A model generated the notes under the pieces. The model saw only the letters and a list, made by a program, of their open reading frames with translations, was not told where the DNA came from and searched no databases. DNA of 32,000 bases from Prochlorococcus marinus subsp. pastoris str. CCMP1986. Its GTDB lineage: Bacteria > Cyanobacteriota > Cyanobacteriia > PCC-6307 > Cyanobiaceae. Positions 8,661-19,168 of this stretch are shown piece by piece. The stretch covers positions 90,001 to 122,000 of the forward strand of contig NC_005072.1 in the NCBI RefSeq assembly GCF_000011465.1, in the 5' to 3' direction. Every line of letters starts with the position of its first letter. Positions within the stretch are counted from its first letter, which is position 1. The position numbers were made by a program, and so were the translations under genes.

Positions 8661-8734
8661 ATACTTATTCCAAAATCTTTTTTATTCTATCCAATAGGGA
8701 TATTTTTCAAGTCTTTTATATATTTATGATGCAA

Positions 8735-9547
8735 CTAATTTTCCAATAATAAATTGCCCCATGGTCTTAATACTTTCATTTTTTCTTTTGTTATGGAGGC
8801 AATTAAGGGAAAATTAGTATCTTGTAAATCTTGTTTTGCAGTTAAATGCATAGGGTTTATTTCTAACCATTCAATTGAACAATTTAGCTCCTCAAGTAAT
8901 AGCCATGCTGCCGCAATGTCCCATATTTTAGGAGTTGATTCTATTGCCCCAAAAGTTTGTCCCATTGCAACGCTTGTTAAATTTAAACTGGATACACCAA
9001 GAAGTCTTATTTTCCCAGGAAATATAGAACTAGGATTTTTTTGTAAAATTTTAATAGATCTACTGCATAAAGATACGCATTCACTTTTTTGATTATTATT
9101 AACCTCAATTTTCTTGTTGTTAAGCCAAACACCTTCTCCTTTGATTGCTACAAATTTTTTCTTTAATGTAGGAATGATTAAAAAAGAAGATTGAGGGGTA
9201 CCATCCACAAATCTTGCTACCGAAATAGACCAATATGGAATTCCTGCAGCAAAATTTGTCGTCCCATCAAGAGGATCTACTATCCAATAAGCATTTGTAT
9301 TAGGAACTATCTTTCCTCCCTCTTCACTTAGAACCCCTTCATTTGGAGCAATTTTAGATAGAGCTCCTACTATTGTTTTATCGCTCCATAAATCACAACT
9401 AGTGATTAACGAACCATCTGACTTGTTGCTAGCACTGATGTTTCCAAAATCTTTTAATTGGCGATCACTAACCAATTCAAATAAAGATTCTAAATCTTTT
9501 AACTGTTGACTGGTTAAATTATTCTTATTCATATTCAGATATTGCAA
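8735..9547 (-). CDS. Inositol monophosphatase family protein
   Basis: Motifs EEGG, DPLDGTTNFAAGIPYWSIS and IWDIAAAWLLLEE. Confidence 0.9.
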   Translation of the reverse strand: MQYLNMNKNNLTSQQLKDLESLFELVSDRQLKDFGNISASNKSDGSLITSCDLWSDKTIVGALSKIAPNEGVLSEEGGKIVPNTNAYWIVDPLDGTTNFAAGIPYWSISVARFVDGTPQSSFLIIPTLKKKFVAIKGEGVWLNNKKIEVNNNQKSECVSLCSRSIKILQKNPSSIFPGKIRLLGVSSLNLTSVAMGQTFGAIESTPKIWDIAAAWLLLEELNCSIEWLEINPMHLTAKQDLQDTNFPLIASITKEKMKVLRPWGNLLLEN

Positions 9548-10965
9548 ATAGATTGAATTTCATTTTTGATAAGATTATTTTCCTCGTTACAAATATTACT
9601 TATTTCAAGAAAAGTCAATCTAACTAATTCATCTAAATTTAAATTGTAATTATAAATTGAATCAATTTTTTTTGAATTAGCATTACTTAACTCTTTTTGT
9701 CTTACAAGAACATCTTTTAGTGTAGATATTCCTATGTCATATCTTAATCTTGCTAATCTTAAGGATTCTTCTGTAGAAGAAATTTCTTTTAGAGATGAAA
9801 GAATTTTTTCCTCATTTAATTTTAAATTCAAATAAGCTTTACTAATATTTGTCTTTAAAACATTTTCAATATTTTTATAGGAGTAATCTTCGGATTTTAC
9901 ATCAGCTTTGCTTGATTTATATAAATTTTTATTTTGCCCGCCGTCAAAAATATTCCAACTAAAGTTTAAGCTTACAGTATTTGTATATGAAGATCCAGAT
10001 TTTTCAGGGTCTATTTTGACTGACAAAGAGTCACCCTTAGAAAACGAACTAGTAAAATTATTACTTATATAAACATTTGGCTTGTAAACATTCAAATAAT
10101 TCTTAGCTTGATTTTCTTTGATTGATTTTTTTAGATTAATATTTTTGAGGGAAAGGCTATTTGCCAAACCCTCAGTAATATTCTTGTTTAATTTATGGTT
10201 CCAGAAACCTATTAATTTTTGCTTTTGATTAATCTCGAAGTCCCCATTTATATTTAAGATTTCTTTTAGTTCAATTTTATTAATCTGATTCTGAATTTTT
10301 TTCTCATTTAGTGATTGCATATCTCTAGATAATTGTGCTTCAGCTTCAAGAACCTCAAATTTTGTTCCTATCCCTGCATCAAATTTTGACTGAGCATCTT
10401 TCAAACTAGTAATTGATAAATCAAGAGATAATGTTTTGTTTTTAATATCCTGATAAGACTTTTGTAATTTGTGATATCTAGATTTTGCCTCTTTTATGAG
10501 ATCTTTCTTTTTAATCTCATAATTATTTTTAGCTATTGCGTAATTATTTCTAGCTATTTTAATTTCAGATCCCCTTAGAGGGTCTATTAAGTCTAATTTA
10601 ATATTAAGGGATGGATTTGCTGAAAATTGGGAAGTTTTTGTAGTAGATGAGCTACTGTTATAATTTTTACCCGAAGTATATTTTGGTAATCCACTGGCTT
10701 GCAAATCTAATGAGGGATATCTTTTAGCGATTTTGCTCGAAAGAGTAAACATTGTTGAATTGACTAAACTTTCTAATGCTTTAAGTTCTCGATTATTCTT
10801 TAGAGTAATATTATCTATATCTGAATAATTAAGGAATATTTGGTTTTCGTTTTCATGAAGGATTTCTTCAATACTATTATTAGCCTTACTTAATAATGCT
10901 TCTTGAGAATTAATATACAAACAAAAAGGCAAAATTAAAATTGGATGTATAAGTTTTCTAAGCAT
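9535..10965 (-). CDS. TolC-like outer-membrane efflux protein
   Basis: Signal-like N terminus, long coiled-coil regions, FNWNIFDGG, internal repeat architecture of the OEP family. Confidence 0.82.
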   Translation of the reverse strand: MLRKLIHPILILPFCLYINSQEALLSKANNSIEEILHENENQIFLNYSDIDNITLKNNRELKALESLVNSTMFTLSSKIAKRYPSLDLQASGLPKYTSGKNYNSSSSTTKTSQFSANPSLNIKLDLIDPLRGSEIKIARNNYAIAKNNYEIKKKDLIKEAKSRYHKLQKSYQDIKNKTLSLDLSITSLKDAQSKFDAGIGTKFEVLEAEAQLSRDMQSLNEKKIQNQINKIELKEILNINGDFEINQKQKLIGFWNHKLNKNITEGLANSLSLKNINLKKSIKENQAKNYLNVYKPNVYISNNFTSSFSKGDSLSVKIDPEKSGSSYTNTVSLNFSWNIFDGGQNKNLYKSSKADVKSEDYSYKNIENVLKTNISKAYLNLKLNEEKILSSLKEISSTEESLRLARLRYDIGISTLKDVLVRQKELSNANSKKIDSIYNYNLNLDELVRLTFLEISNICNEENNLIKNEIQSICNI

Positions 10966-12370
10966 AATTAGGTATTTCTTTTGTTTTAGATAAACCGATT
11001 AGATTACTAATAATATCATTTGTATCATCAAGAACGTGAATATTAGTTTTCAGTTTATTTGAAACTTCAGTTATATTTTTGTCATCCAAAAACAAATCAC
11101 TATTAAGCTTTAACATTATCGATGGTATAAATATACTTTCTCCTAGATCCTTATTTTGTAGTCCAATAATTAAATCTTCACCAGTTAAAAGCCCTGTTAC
11201 AACTTGATCTTGCCCCCAGTAAACACTTGGCAAACCATATAGATTAATTCTGAGGCCATCAATTTTATTAAGTTTTTTCACTGTTGGAAGCAGTGCTTCA
11301 TAAACTAATTTCCCAACAACCCAACTGACTTTTCTTTGTTTATCTATTTTTTCAGGAAGAGATTTTGTTTTAGTTTCTAATGTTTTAAGAAAACTTCGTA
11401 TTGAACCAACTCCATTAGATTCTTGGGGCATATTTTCATATGTTTTATAGCTTGGTAATTTGAGACCAGCTATTAAGTACCATTCGTCGGCAAGCCAACA
11501 AAACCGAGTTCCAATACTTTTTTGTAGAGAGGTTTGAAATTTTTCAACTTGTTGAATAATTTTTCTTGCATATTTTTTGCTTATCGCTATTAAGCCATCG
11601 TTTTCAGGCCTAAACTTTGTGAGGCCTACTGGAACTATGGCTGTTGAAAGTACCGTTTTAAAACTTTTTTTATGAAATTTTGCAAGATCGTAAATAGATT
11701 TTTCTAAGATTTTACCATCATTAATTTCGGGACATACAACTATTTGCGCGTGTATCTGGATTGAATTTTGTTCTAACCATTCAATTTGTTCAAGAATTTG
11801 ACTTGCTTTTTTATTTTTTAATAATTTTTCTCGGGTCTTTGGGTCAGTGGCATGTATTGAAATAAAAAGCGGTGAGAGTTTTTGTGTTGATATTCTATTC
11901 CAGTCATCTTTATTTAAATTGGTTAGGGTTAGATATGAACCATATAGAAAACTTAATCTATAGTCATCATCTTTTACGTAAAGACTTTTTCTTTTACCAT
12001 TTGGTTGTTGATCTATAAAGCAAAAAGGACACTTATTATTACATTGTTTGATTGAGTCAAATAATGCATCTTTAAAATTAATTCCTAAATTGTCATCTTG
12101 ATCTTTTTCAATACTAATGTTGTGAATCTTCTTGTTTTTATCCAATACCGATATATCTAAAATTTCTTCACTAATCAGGATCTGATAATCAATTAAGTCT
12201 CTAGGTTTCTTACCATTAATACTAATAATCGAATCACCTGATTCAAAGCCTATTTCTTCAGCAATAGAATTATTTTCAATACTTTCAATTTCTGCTGGAT
12301 TAATTTGGTAGTTAATATTCGGAATCAAAAGATCATTAGAATCCTCTTTATAATTAATTTCTTTCCACAC
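10958..12370 (-). CDS. PDZ-like plus DUF512 radical-SAM-like FeS oxidoreductase (TIGR03279-type, cyanobacterial)
   Basis: N-terminal PDZ-like EEIGFESGDSIISINGK; CNNKCPFCFIDQQPNG cluster; DDYRLSFLYGSYLTLTN. Confidence 0.85.
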   Translation of the reverse strand: MWKEINYKEDSNDLLIPNINYQINPAEIESIENNSIAEEIGFESGDSIISINGKKPRDLIDYQILISEEILDISVLDKNKKIHNISIEKDQDDNLGINFKDALFDSIKQCNNKCPFCFIDQQPNGKRKSLYVKDDDYRLSFLYGSYLTLTNLNKDDWNRISTQKLSPLFISIHATDPKTREKLLKNKKASQILEQIEWLEQNSIQIHAQIVVCPEINDGKILEKSIYDLAKFHKKSFKTVLSTAIVPVGLTKFRPENDGLIAISKKYARKIIQQVEKFQTSLQKSIGTRFCWLADEWYLIAGLKLPSYKTYENMPQESNGVGSIRSFLKTLETKTKSLPEKIDKQRKVSWVVGKLVYEALLPTVKKLNKIDGLRINLYGLPSVYWGQDQVVTGLLTGEDLIIGLQNKDLGESIFIPSIMLKLNSDLFLDDKNITEVSNKLKTNIHVLDDTNDIISNLIGLSKTKEIPNYA

Positions 12371-12556
12371 AATTAAAGACCAATCTTTTATCTTTATATT
12401 TATTGTAAACTCATATAAGACTCAAAGTATATTAAATACTCTTAAAATACTAAATATGATTAATTTATTTCAACTATTAAATTAATAAAATATGTCATCT
12501 GCATTTTTATTAAACTAGACATAAATTAATTCAAAAATTTTAAAAGCCTTAATGCA

Positions 12557-13324
12557 TTGGAAGAATTAATTACTAAAAAATTAGAAGTGAATGATAATTT
12601 GAAATCTAGATTTCATAATGGATTCAATATTGTTAAAAGTACTTTTTTATCTAGCCCAATTGCTTTGAGACTATGGTCCTCTTTTTTTGTAATTTTACCA
12701 ATTTTTGTACAGGCACCATGGGTTAGATTTGCTCCTATTAGTGCTCTTTGCGCTACTTTTTTTATCCTTGCTGCGGCTTTTTTATTGTCTAGAAAAGAGG
12801 GAGATAAATGGTTTATTGTAGGCTCGTTATTATTAGGAGTCACGGGAAGTTGGCTTGGAGGTTGTTTATTTTGGGGCTGGTTAAGTGCTTATCCTATTCT
12901 CCATATCCCAGTTGAAGCAGTTGCATTGCCTCTTGCTATTGTCGGACTGGGAACAAAATGGAAAATCGGTTCAAGTTTTTATATCTCGTCTTTATTCGGA
13001 ACGGCGATTACAGATTTGACAATATTTTTGACAGGAATAATGGATCAATGGAAGGAGGTTATTATTGCGGATTCTGATAATGCTCCATTAATACTTCAGA
13101 AAACTTCCGAAAATCTTATTCAGTTTAAATCTTTGTCTATTATTATTTTGGCGGCATTAATACTTTGGTTCATATCAAAAGAAATTTTTAATTACGCTAC
13201 ATCAAATTCGATAAATGGAAAGGCTTTTTTGGTATCAAGTTATGTAATTCAAACTACCTTAATAGTTGATGGTATTTTTATTATGCTAGCAATTATTCAA
13301 CCAACACTAAGTGGTTTGGTTTAA
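12557..13324 (+). CDS. DUF3120 membrane protein
   Basis: Six hydrophobic segments; FFVILPIFVQAPWVRFAPISA; cyanobacterial family located upstream of nadB. Confidence 0.7.
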   Translation: MEELITKKLEVNDNLKSRFHNGFNIVKSTFLSSPIALRLWSSFFVILPIFVQAPWVRFAPISALCATFFILAAAFLLSRKEGDKWFIVGSLLLGVTGSWLGGCLFWGWLSAYPILHIPVEAVALPLAIVGLGTKWKIGSSFYISSLFGTAITDLTIFLTGIMDQWKEVIIADSDNAPLILQKTSENLIQFKSLSIIILAALILWFISKEIFNYATSNSINGKAFLVSSYVIQTTLIVDGIFIMLAIIQPTLSGLV

Positions 13325-14991
13325 TGCTAAGACCGCCATTTTCGCAAGAATCAATATCTATTGATAAATGGGATGTGATTGTCATTGGTGCAGGAGCAGC
13401 TGGTTTAATGACTTGTTTGGAATTGCCAGAAAATTTAAATGTCCTTCTTTTAAATAGGAATACAAGTAAAAGATCATCTAGTAGATGGGCCCAAGGAGGG
13501 ATTGCATCAGTAGTTAGACCTGAAGATTCTTTTGCTCTTCATGTTGAAGACACCTTAAAAGCTGGAGATGATTTGTGTGACTTATCTGCTGTTGAAATGC
13601 TTGTGAAAGATGCTCCTGGTTGCGTTGATAGGTTACAAAATTTAGGTATGATTTTTGATCAGAGCTCAGATCAACTATCAACAACTTTAGAAGCGGCCCA
13701 TTCTTGTAGAAGAGTTTTGCATGTTAAAGATAGAACAGGTAGAGCACTTGTAGAAGTCTTAGAGGATCATATCGAAAACAAGGAGAATATTTTGCATTGT
13801 CGAGGTGTAAGAGTAACAGAATTGCTTATTGAAAAGGAAGTATGTAAAGGAGTTCAGGTATTAGATGGATCTAATTTATATTGGATTACTTCTAAAGCTG
13901 TTGTTTTAGCCACAGGAGGAGGGGGACACTTATTTACTAATACTACAAATCCTGCCCAATCTGCTGGGGAAGGAATAGCTCTTTCATGGAAAGCTGGAGT
14001 TGCAATAGAGGATTTAGAATTTATTCAATTTCATCCTACGGCATTAAAGTTTTATGGTTCTCCCTGCTTTCTAATCTCTGAAGCCCTTAGAGGTGAGGGA
14101 GCAGTTCTCGTTGATAAGAATGGTGAGAGCCCAGTAAAGCATTTGGAAAATGGTGATCTAGCTACAAGAGATCAAGTTAGTAGAGCAATTATGAATAATA
14201 TGCAAGAAAACGATGTTGATCATGTTGGTTTGGATTTAAGATTTATTGATCCAGAAAAAATTGTAGAAAGATTTCCTATGATTATAAGTAGATGTCAAGA
14301 TTATGGAGTTAATCCTTTAAATGAGGTGATTCCTGTTGCGCCAGCAGCTCACTATTGGATGGGAGGTGTTCATACCGATTTAAATGCATCTTCTACAATG
14401 AAAGGATTATATGCCGTGGGAGAAGTAGCTTCTACAGGAGTGCATGGTGCAAATAGACTAGCTAGTAATTCGCTTATGGAATGTCTAGTATTTGCAAGAA
14501 AAATGTCTTGTATCGAGTTGAATGCTCCTTATAACCTAAGAAGGTTAGATAGATATACTACGGAAATTTTTATGGATAATCCAAAGGAAGATTTTATCTT
14601 AGGTGTTTCAGATAAGATTGATAGTTTGAGAAAATTATGCTGGTCTAATTTAGGTGTCTCTCGTAATAAAAAAAATATGAATAAACTTTTAAAAACTCTT
14701 CAAGATGAGATAGATCAACTACAAAAAAATCCTTTACTTGAATGTCTTAATAAAATAGAAATTGATCAAAAATTGAAACTAAGTGAGCCAAATAGGAGAG
14801 GACTTAATTTATTGCTTGATTTGCATAATAGACAAATTACAACATTGCTATTGTTAAAAGCTTGTCTTTTTCGAGAGGAAAGTAGAGGAGGCCATTATAG
14901 GGATGATTTTCCAATTAAAGAAACAACTTGGAAATGCCATACTAGGCAGCAACTAAATCAAGAAATAATTAAAAGGTTTATTAAAAATTAG
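13324..14991 (+). CDS. nadB: L-aspartate oxidase
   Basis: GAGAAGLM FAD motif, SSRWAQGGIASV, HSCRRVLHVKDRTGRAL, EFIQFHPT, APAAHYWMGGVHTD. Confidence 0.95.
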   Translation: MLRPPFSQESISIDKWDVIVIGAGAAGLMTCLELPENLNVLLLNRNTSKRSSSRWAQGGIASVVRPEDSFALHVEDTLKAGDDLCDLSAVEMLVKDAPGCVDRLQNLGMIFDQSSDQLSTTLEAAHSCRRVLHVKDRTGRALVEVLEDHIENKENILHCRGVRVTELLIEKEVCKGVQVLDGSNLYWITSKAVVLATGGGGHLFTNTTNPAQSAGEGIALSWKAGVAIEDLEFIQFHPTALKFYGSPCFLISEALRGEGAVLVDKNGESPVKHLENGDLATRDQVSRAIMNNMQENDVDHVGLDLRFIDPEKIVERFPMIISRCQDYGVNPLNEVIPVAPAAHYWMGGVHTDLNASSTMKGLYAVGEVASTGVHGANRLASNSLMECLVFARKMSCIELNAPYNLRRLDRYTTEIFMDNPKEDFILGVSDKIDSLRKLCWSNLGVSRNKKNMNKLLKTLQDEIDQLQKNPLLECLNKIEIDQKLKLSEPNRRGLNLLLDLHNRQITTLLLLKACLFREESRGGHYRDDFPIKETTWKCHTRQQLNQEIIKRFIKN

Positions 14992-15916
14992 AATCGCCAT
15001 CATATTCAGTCATTATTGCTAAATCATTTAAATCTTTGACTCCACTATATATTTCACCATTAATTTCCCATGATGGAAACCCTTCAATCTGTTTTTCTCT
15101 GCAAAGTTTATATTGATTATCTTTACCGTCTTGTGCGCATTCTATAATCGATAACTCTTTAACGGCTTTTTTGCCAAATATTTGTTTTTGATCATGGCAA
15201 TGTGGGCACCAGTATGCACTGAACATTTTAATATTATTATCACTTAAAAATTTAGCAAACTTAATTTTCTGGGGTGAGCTAGTTGTAGTGATTGCAGGAG
15301 ATACTTTTTCTGTACTTTTAGAAATATCAATTGCATTAGAAGGGTCAACACTATTTGACCATATCAATCCCCCAATAAGAACTGTTAAAAAAACAATAAA
15401 TCCTCTATAAAACATAGGCTCTCTACTTTCAAACTTTGCACCAATCATAGAAATAATAAAGATAGAAATAGATAAAATTGCCGAAAGAATACAAAAAAAA
15501 CAATAAGCCTTGATTTTAAAGAACATAATATTTAGCAAAAGGATGCTAAACACAGAAGAAGCACAAGAGATTAAAAATATTGCCCACCATATAATCTTAT
15601 TTAATTTTTCTTTAGGAGAAACTAAATTCAATGATAAAAATATTGAAAATCCCAGTATTGAACCATAAGTAATTACTCCTGCTAATGAGAGAGGAATATT
15701 GAATTGACTATTATCGAATAATGTACCCCAAGGGCTATTTAAAACTGTTTCGCAACCATTTTTGATTCCAGGACATGAAAGAGAGTTAAATAATCCCCAA
15801 TTTTTTAAGGTAATAGAGCCCGTATCAACTAATCCAATGGTGCTCAGAATAGCAATTATAATTTTTGGCCATTTTAGATCTTTTTTATTTTTACTTTTCA
15901 AAGTCTTAAGAGCCAT
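14981..15916 (-). CDS. VKOR domain fused to C-terminal thioredoxin-like domain
   Basis: VKOR motifs (CETVLNSPWG, AYCFFC) followed by Trx-like YWCPHC and GFPSWEINGEIYSG. Confidence 0.92.
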   Translation of the reverse strand: MALKTLKSKNKKDLKWPKIIIAILSTIGLVDTGSITLKNWGLFNSLSCPGIKNGCETVLNSPWGTLFDNSQFNIPLSLAGVITYGSILGFSIFLSLNLVSPKEKLNKIIWWAIFLISCASSVFSILLLNIMFFKIKAYCFFCILSAILSISIFIISMIGAKFESREPMFYRGFIVFLTVLIGGLIWSNSVDPSNAIDISKSTEKVSPAITTTSSPQKIKFAKFLSDNNIKMFSAYWCPHCHDQKQIFGKKAVKELSIIECAQDGKDNQYKLCREKQIEGFPSWEINGEIYSGVKDLNDLAIMTEYDGDSNF

Positions 15917-16022
15917 AGATCTTTTATCTTTGTAATTTGCAGAATCTATCCTAATATTATCTTTTAATGAGACTTATTAAAAGTTTCTTTGTAAATTATT
16001 TCTTATATAATATCTAAATTAC

Positions 16023-17387
16023 GTGAAGCAAAATAATCAAAATGTAAAGGATAAAAAAATTTCAAAGGTTGCTTTTAGTCATGTTGGTTGTGAGAAAAAT
16101 CTTGTTGATACTGAACATATGCAAGGGTTATTAGATAAGGAGGGATATGAAGTAGGAAATGATATAGAAGATGCGAATGTGGTTGTAGTCAATACTTGTA
16201 GTTTTATAGAAACAGCTAGAGAAGAATCTATAAGGAAGATAATTGAATTTACTGATCAAGGTAAAGAGGTAATAGTTGCTGGTTGTATGGCTCAGCATTT
16301 TAAAGAAGAACTTTTAAAAGAAATGCCTGAAATAAAAGGTTTAGTAGGAACGGGTGATTATCAAAAAATAGCTAAGGTTATTAAAAGAGTAGAGAAAGGG
16401 GAAATTGTTAATGAAGTTTCAAAAATACCTGAATTTATTGCAGATGAAAAAATTCCACGCTTTGTAGATAAAAATAAATTTGTTGCTTATCTTCGTATCG
16501 CTGAAGGGTGTGATTATAAGTGTGCATTTTGTATTATTCCTAAGTTAAGAGGTCCTCAACGCAGTAGGGACATAGAATCTATAGTTTCAGAAGCAAAAAA
16601 TCTTGCAGCTCAAGGGATTCAAGAAATAATACTAATTAGTCAAATTACAACAAATTATGGTCAAGATATTTATGGTAAACCTTCTTTAGCAAGACTCTTG
16701 AAAGAACTGTCTAAAGTTTCAGTTCCTTGGATACGAATTCATTATGCATATCCAACTGGTTTAACTGATGAAGTTATTAAATCTTTTAAAGATTCAAATA
16801 ATATAGTTCCCTATTTTGATCTACCTTTGCAACACAGTCATCCAGATGTTCTAAAAAGTATGAATAGACCTTGGCAAGCTTCTTTAAATGAATCAATTTT
16901 GAGTCAAATAAGGGAGCAAATACCATCTGCTGTATTAAGAACAAGCTTAATTGTTGGTTTCCCTGGAGAAAATCAAAAACATTTTCAACATCTTTTAGAT
17001 TTTTTGCATAGGCATGAGTTTGATCATGTTGGCGTTTTTATCTTTTCTCCGGAGGAAGGAACAAGTGCTTTCGATTTGCCAAATAGGGTACCCTCAGAAG
17101 TAGCTGATGCGAGAAAAGATAATATAATATCTATTCAACAAAATATTTCTAAGAAAAAAAATCAGTTATATGTAGGTACTACGATTAAAGTATTAGTAGA
17201 AAAAATATCAGAAAATAAAGAACTGATAGGACGTTCTTATAACTTTGCTCCAGAAATAGACGGTAATGTCATATTATCCATTAAAAATTATGAAGATGAA
17301 AAAAATTATATCGGTAAATTTGTTGAAGCAAATATTTGTTTTGCGGATGAATATGATTTATATGGAGAGGTTATAAAAACCTTATGA
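16023..17387 (+). CDS. rimO: Ribosomal protein S12 (Asp89) methylthiotransferase RimO
   Basis: [12 protein letters not shown], radical [45 protein letters not shown]-like C terminus; GTG start. Confidence 0.93.
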
Positions 17388-17393
17388 ATTTTT

Positions 17394-17486
17394 TTAAATT
17401 AATTTAACTGCTCTTAAAAGTTTATCTAATAAGAAAGCGGCTCCAAAACCAAAACCTAGAAATGCAAAATAGAAAATGATGTTCAT
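17394..17486 (-). CDS. 30-aa single-TM peptide, candidate cytochrome b6f subunit PetL (not in supplied ORF track)
   Basis: Manual translation MNIIFYFAFLGFGFGAAFLLDKLLRAVKLI; start CAT complement at 17484-17486, stop at 17394-17396; layout and RAVKLI end resemble cyanobacterial PetL. Confidence 0.5.
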   Translation of the reverse strand: MNIIFYFAFLGFGFGAAFLLDKLLRAVKLI

Positions 17487-17551
17487 TTATCTTTTATATT
17501 TTTATTTAATTTAGCACCTCAATAAGAATTAGAATTCTTTCGTTTAATTTC

Positions 17552-17944
17552 TTAATCTTGAATATAAGGTAATTTTTTGTATAAGCATTCTTCTGCTTTT
17601 TGTAACTCTCGTCCTAAATATAAGGCATGATCAAATCTAGATATTAGATCATTACGCTTTTCTGTTATTGCTATTCCAATCTCTTTAGCGCTAATTCCTG
17701 TGAAGGTCTCATTACAAGTTTTGATTTCTTTTGAGTCACATTTAATAGGCTCATTAGTTTTTGGATCTATTGCATATCCTTCTTTATTAATAGTATTTAA
17801 ATAATGTTCTAAGATGATTTTTTTTGTCTCCAAATCTATCTTTATAATAAAATATCCATTAGGGTCTAGCTTAATATATCTATTAGATAAATCATTATCT
17901 ATATCTATTTTTTTTTCAAATATTTTAATAAAATCCATCTTCAC
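17552..17944 (-). CDS. DUF4346-like protein
   Basis: LDPNGYFIIKIDLETKKIILEHYLN and SRFDHALYLGRELQKAE match the family pattern as I remember it. Confidence 0.6.
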   Translation of the reverse strand: MKMDFIKIFEKKIDIDNDLSNRYIKLDPNGYFIIKIDLETKKIILEHYLNTINKEGYAIDPKTNEPIKCDSKEIKTCNETFTGISAKEIGIAITEKRNDLISRFDHALYLGRELQKAEECLYKKLPYIQD

Positions 17945-18002
17945 ATTTTTAATAAAATTATATTAATAATATAAACAACTATCAGATTAATTAATTTCTA
18001 TT

Positions 18003-19157
18003 TTATTTAAAAGGAATAGAATTATTTTCTAACTCAATTTCTTTCAAAGTTTGAAAATTAACTTCATTTAACCAAGGGGTAATTATATTTTTCATGTTTT
18101 TGTTAAACCATTTGTGAAAACTTTTAGCACCTTTTGCATAAAATCCTCTTCTTCTTTTATGTTTACCTCCTGCTCCAGGATCAAAACTTTCAATGTTATT
18201 TTTTATTGCCCACTCAATAGGCTGGTAATAGCATAATTCAAAATGTAAGTTAAGTACTTCTTCTTGACTACCCCAATATCTACCCCATATATATTTTTCA
18301 TTTTTTATACACATTGACATTGCAATCGTACTTTCAGAATCATTTCTTGATGCACTAAAAAACAATAGATTTCTTTTATTTTCAAGAATGTTTTCAAAAA
18401 ATTCAGAGGTAAGATATTTGCTACCCCAGACTCCCCATCTCAAACAATGTTGCTCGTAGAAATTATGCATTTTTTGGACCATTTCTAGATTTATATTCTC
18501 CTCTGTATGAATTTTGATCTCGAGGTTTTGTTTTGAAATTGATTTTCTTTCTTTTTTAATGTTTTTTCTTTGATTAGAGTTGAATCTGGATAAAAAATCA
18601 TCAAATGTCTTTTCCCCATTATTCTTCCATTCACTACTTGTATTTATCCATTCCTGATATCCTAGGGATTTTAGATGTTTTCCCCAATCTTCGTTTACAT
18701 ATAAGAAATTGCAACTCAAGATATTATTTTGCAAAGCAAAGTCATCAATATGTTTTATTAATGAATTTGTAATCTCAATTTTATTTTTATTTTCTTTATA
18801 TAAAAATTCGTATCCACTAATAGGGCTGTAAGGGCTCATCCCAATGAGCTTAGGATAATAATTTAAATTTAAATCTTGAGCTAATTTTGCAAAGGATTGA
18901 TCAAAAATAAATTCTCCATAACTATGATTTTTAAGAAAAAGTGGAGCTATTCCGCATATTTCTTCATTTTCATAAGCAATAAAATATAAAGGTTGCCATC
19001 CAGTTTGTCTTGAGACACTTTTCGATAATTCAAGGTTATAGAGCCATTCCCATTCGTAAAATGGATTGTTGATTTCTTTTCTTAATTCATTCCATGTTTC
19101 TTTATTTATTTCTTGAATTGATAGTTTAATTTCAATTTTGTGCTCAATATGATTCAT
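18003..19157 (-). CDS. FemAB/GNAT-like acyltransferase family protein (DUF482)
   Basis: NPFYEWEWLYNLE, GYEFLY, KERKSI, FDPGAGGKHKRRRGFYAKGAKSFHKW. Confidence 0.85.
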   Translation of the reverse strand: MNHIEHKIEIKLSIQEINKETWNELRKEINNPFYEWEWLYNLELSKSVSRQTGWQPLYFIAYENEEICGIAPLFLKNHSYGEFIFDQSFAKLAQDLNLNYYPKLIGMSPYSPISGYEFLYKENKNKIEITNSLIKHIDDFALQNNILSCNFLYVNEDWGKHLKSLGYQEWINTSSEWKNNGEKTFDDFLSRFNSNQRKNIKKERKSISKQNLEIKIHTEENINLEMVQKMHNFYEQHCLRWGVWGSKYLTSEFFENILENKRNLLFFSASRNDSESTIAMSMCIKNEKYIWGRYWGSQEEVLNLHFELCYYQPIEWAIKNNIESFDPGAGGKHKRRRGFYAKGAKSFHKWFNKNMKNIITPWLNEVNFQTLKEIELENNSIPFK

Positions 19158-19168
19158 ATTTTTTTACT

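Noticed and set aside
8754-9092. 112-aa plus ORF inside the IMPase-like gene
   Set aside because: Antisense to well-conserved IMPase motifs.
9535-10965. Type I secretion or efflux island around the TolC-like gene
   Set aside because: No adjacent membrane-fusion protein, ABC exporter or RND pump; neighbours are an IMPase-like gene and a radical-SAM-like gene, so this looks like an isolated housekeeping gene.
12613-12843. 76-aa minus ORF inside DUF3120 gene
   Set aside because: Antisense shadow of the membrane protein coding sequence.
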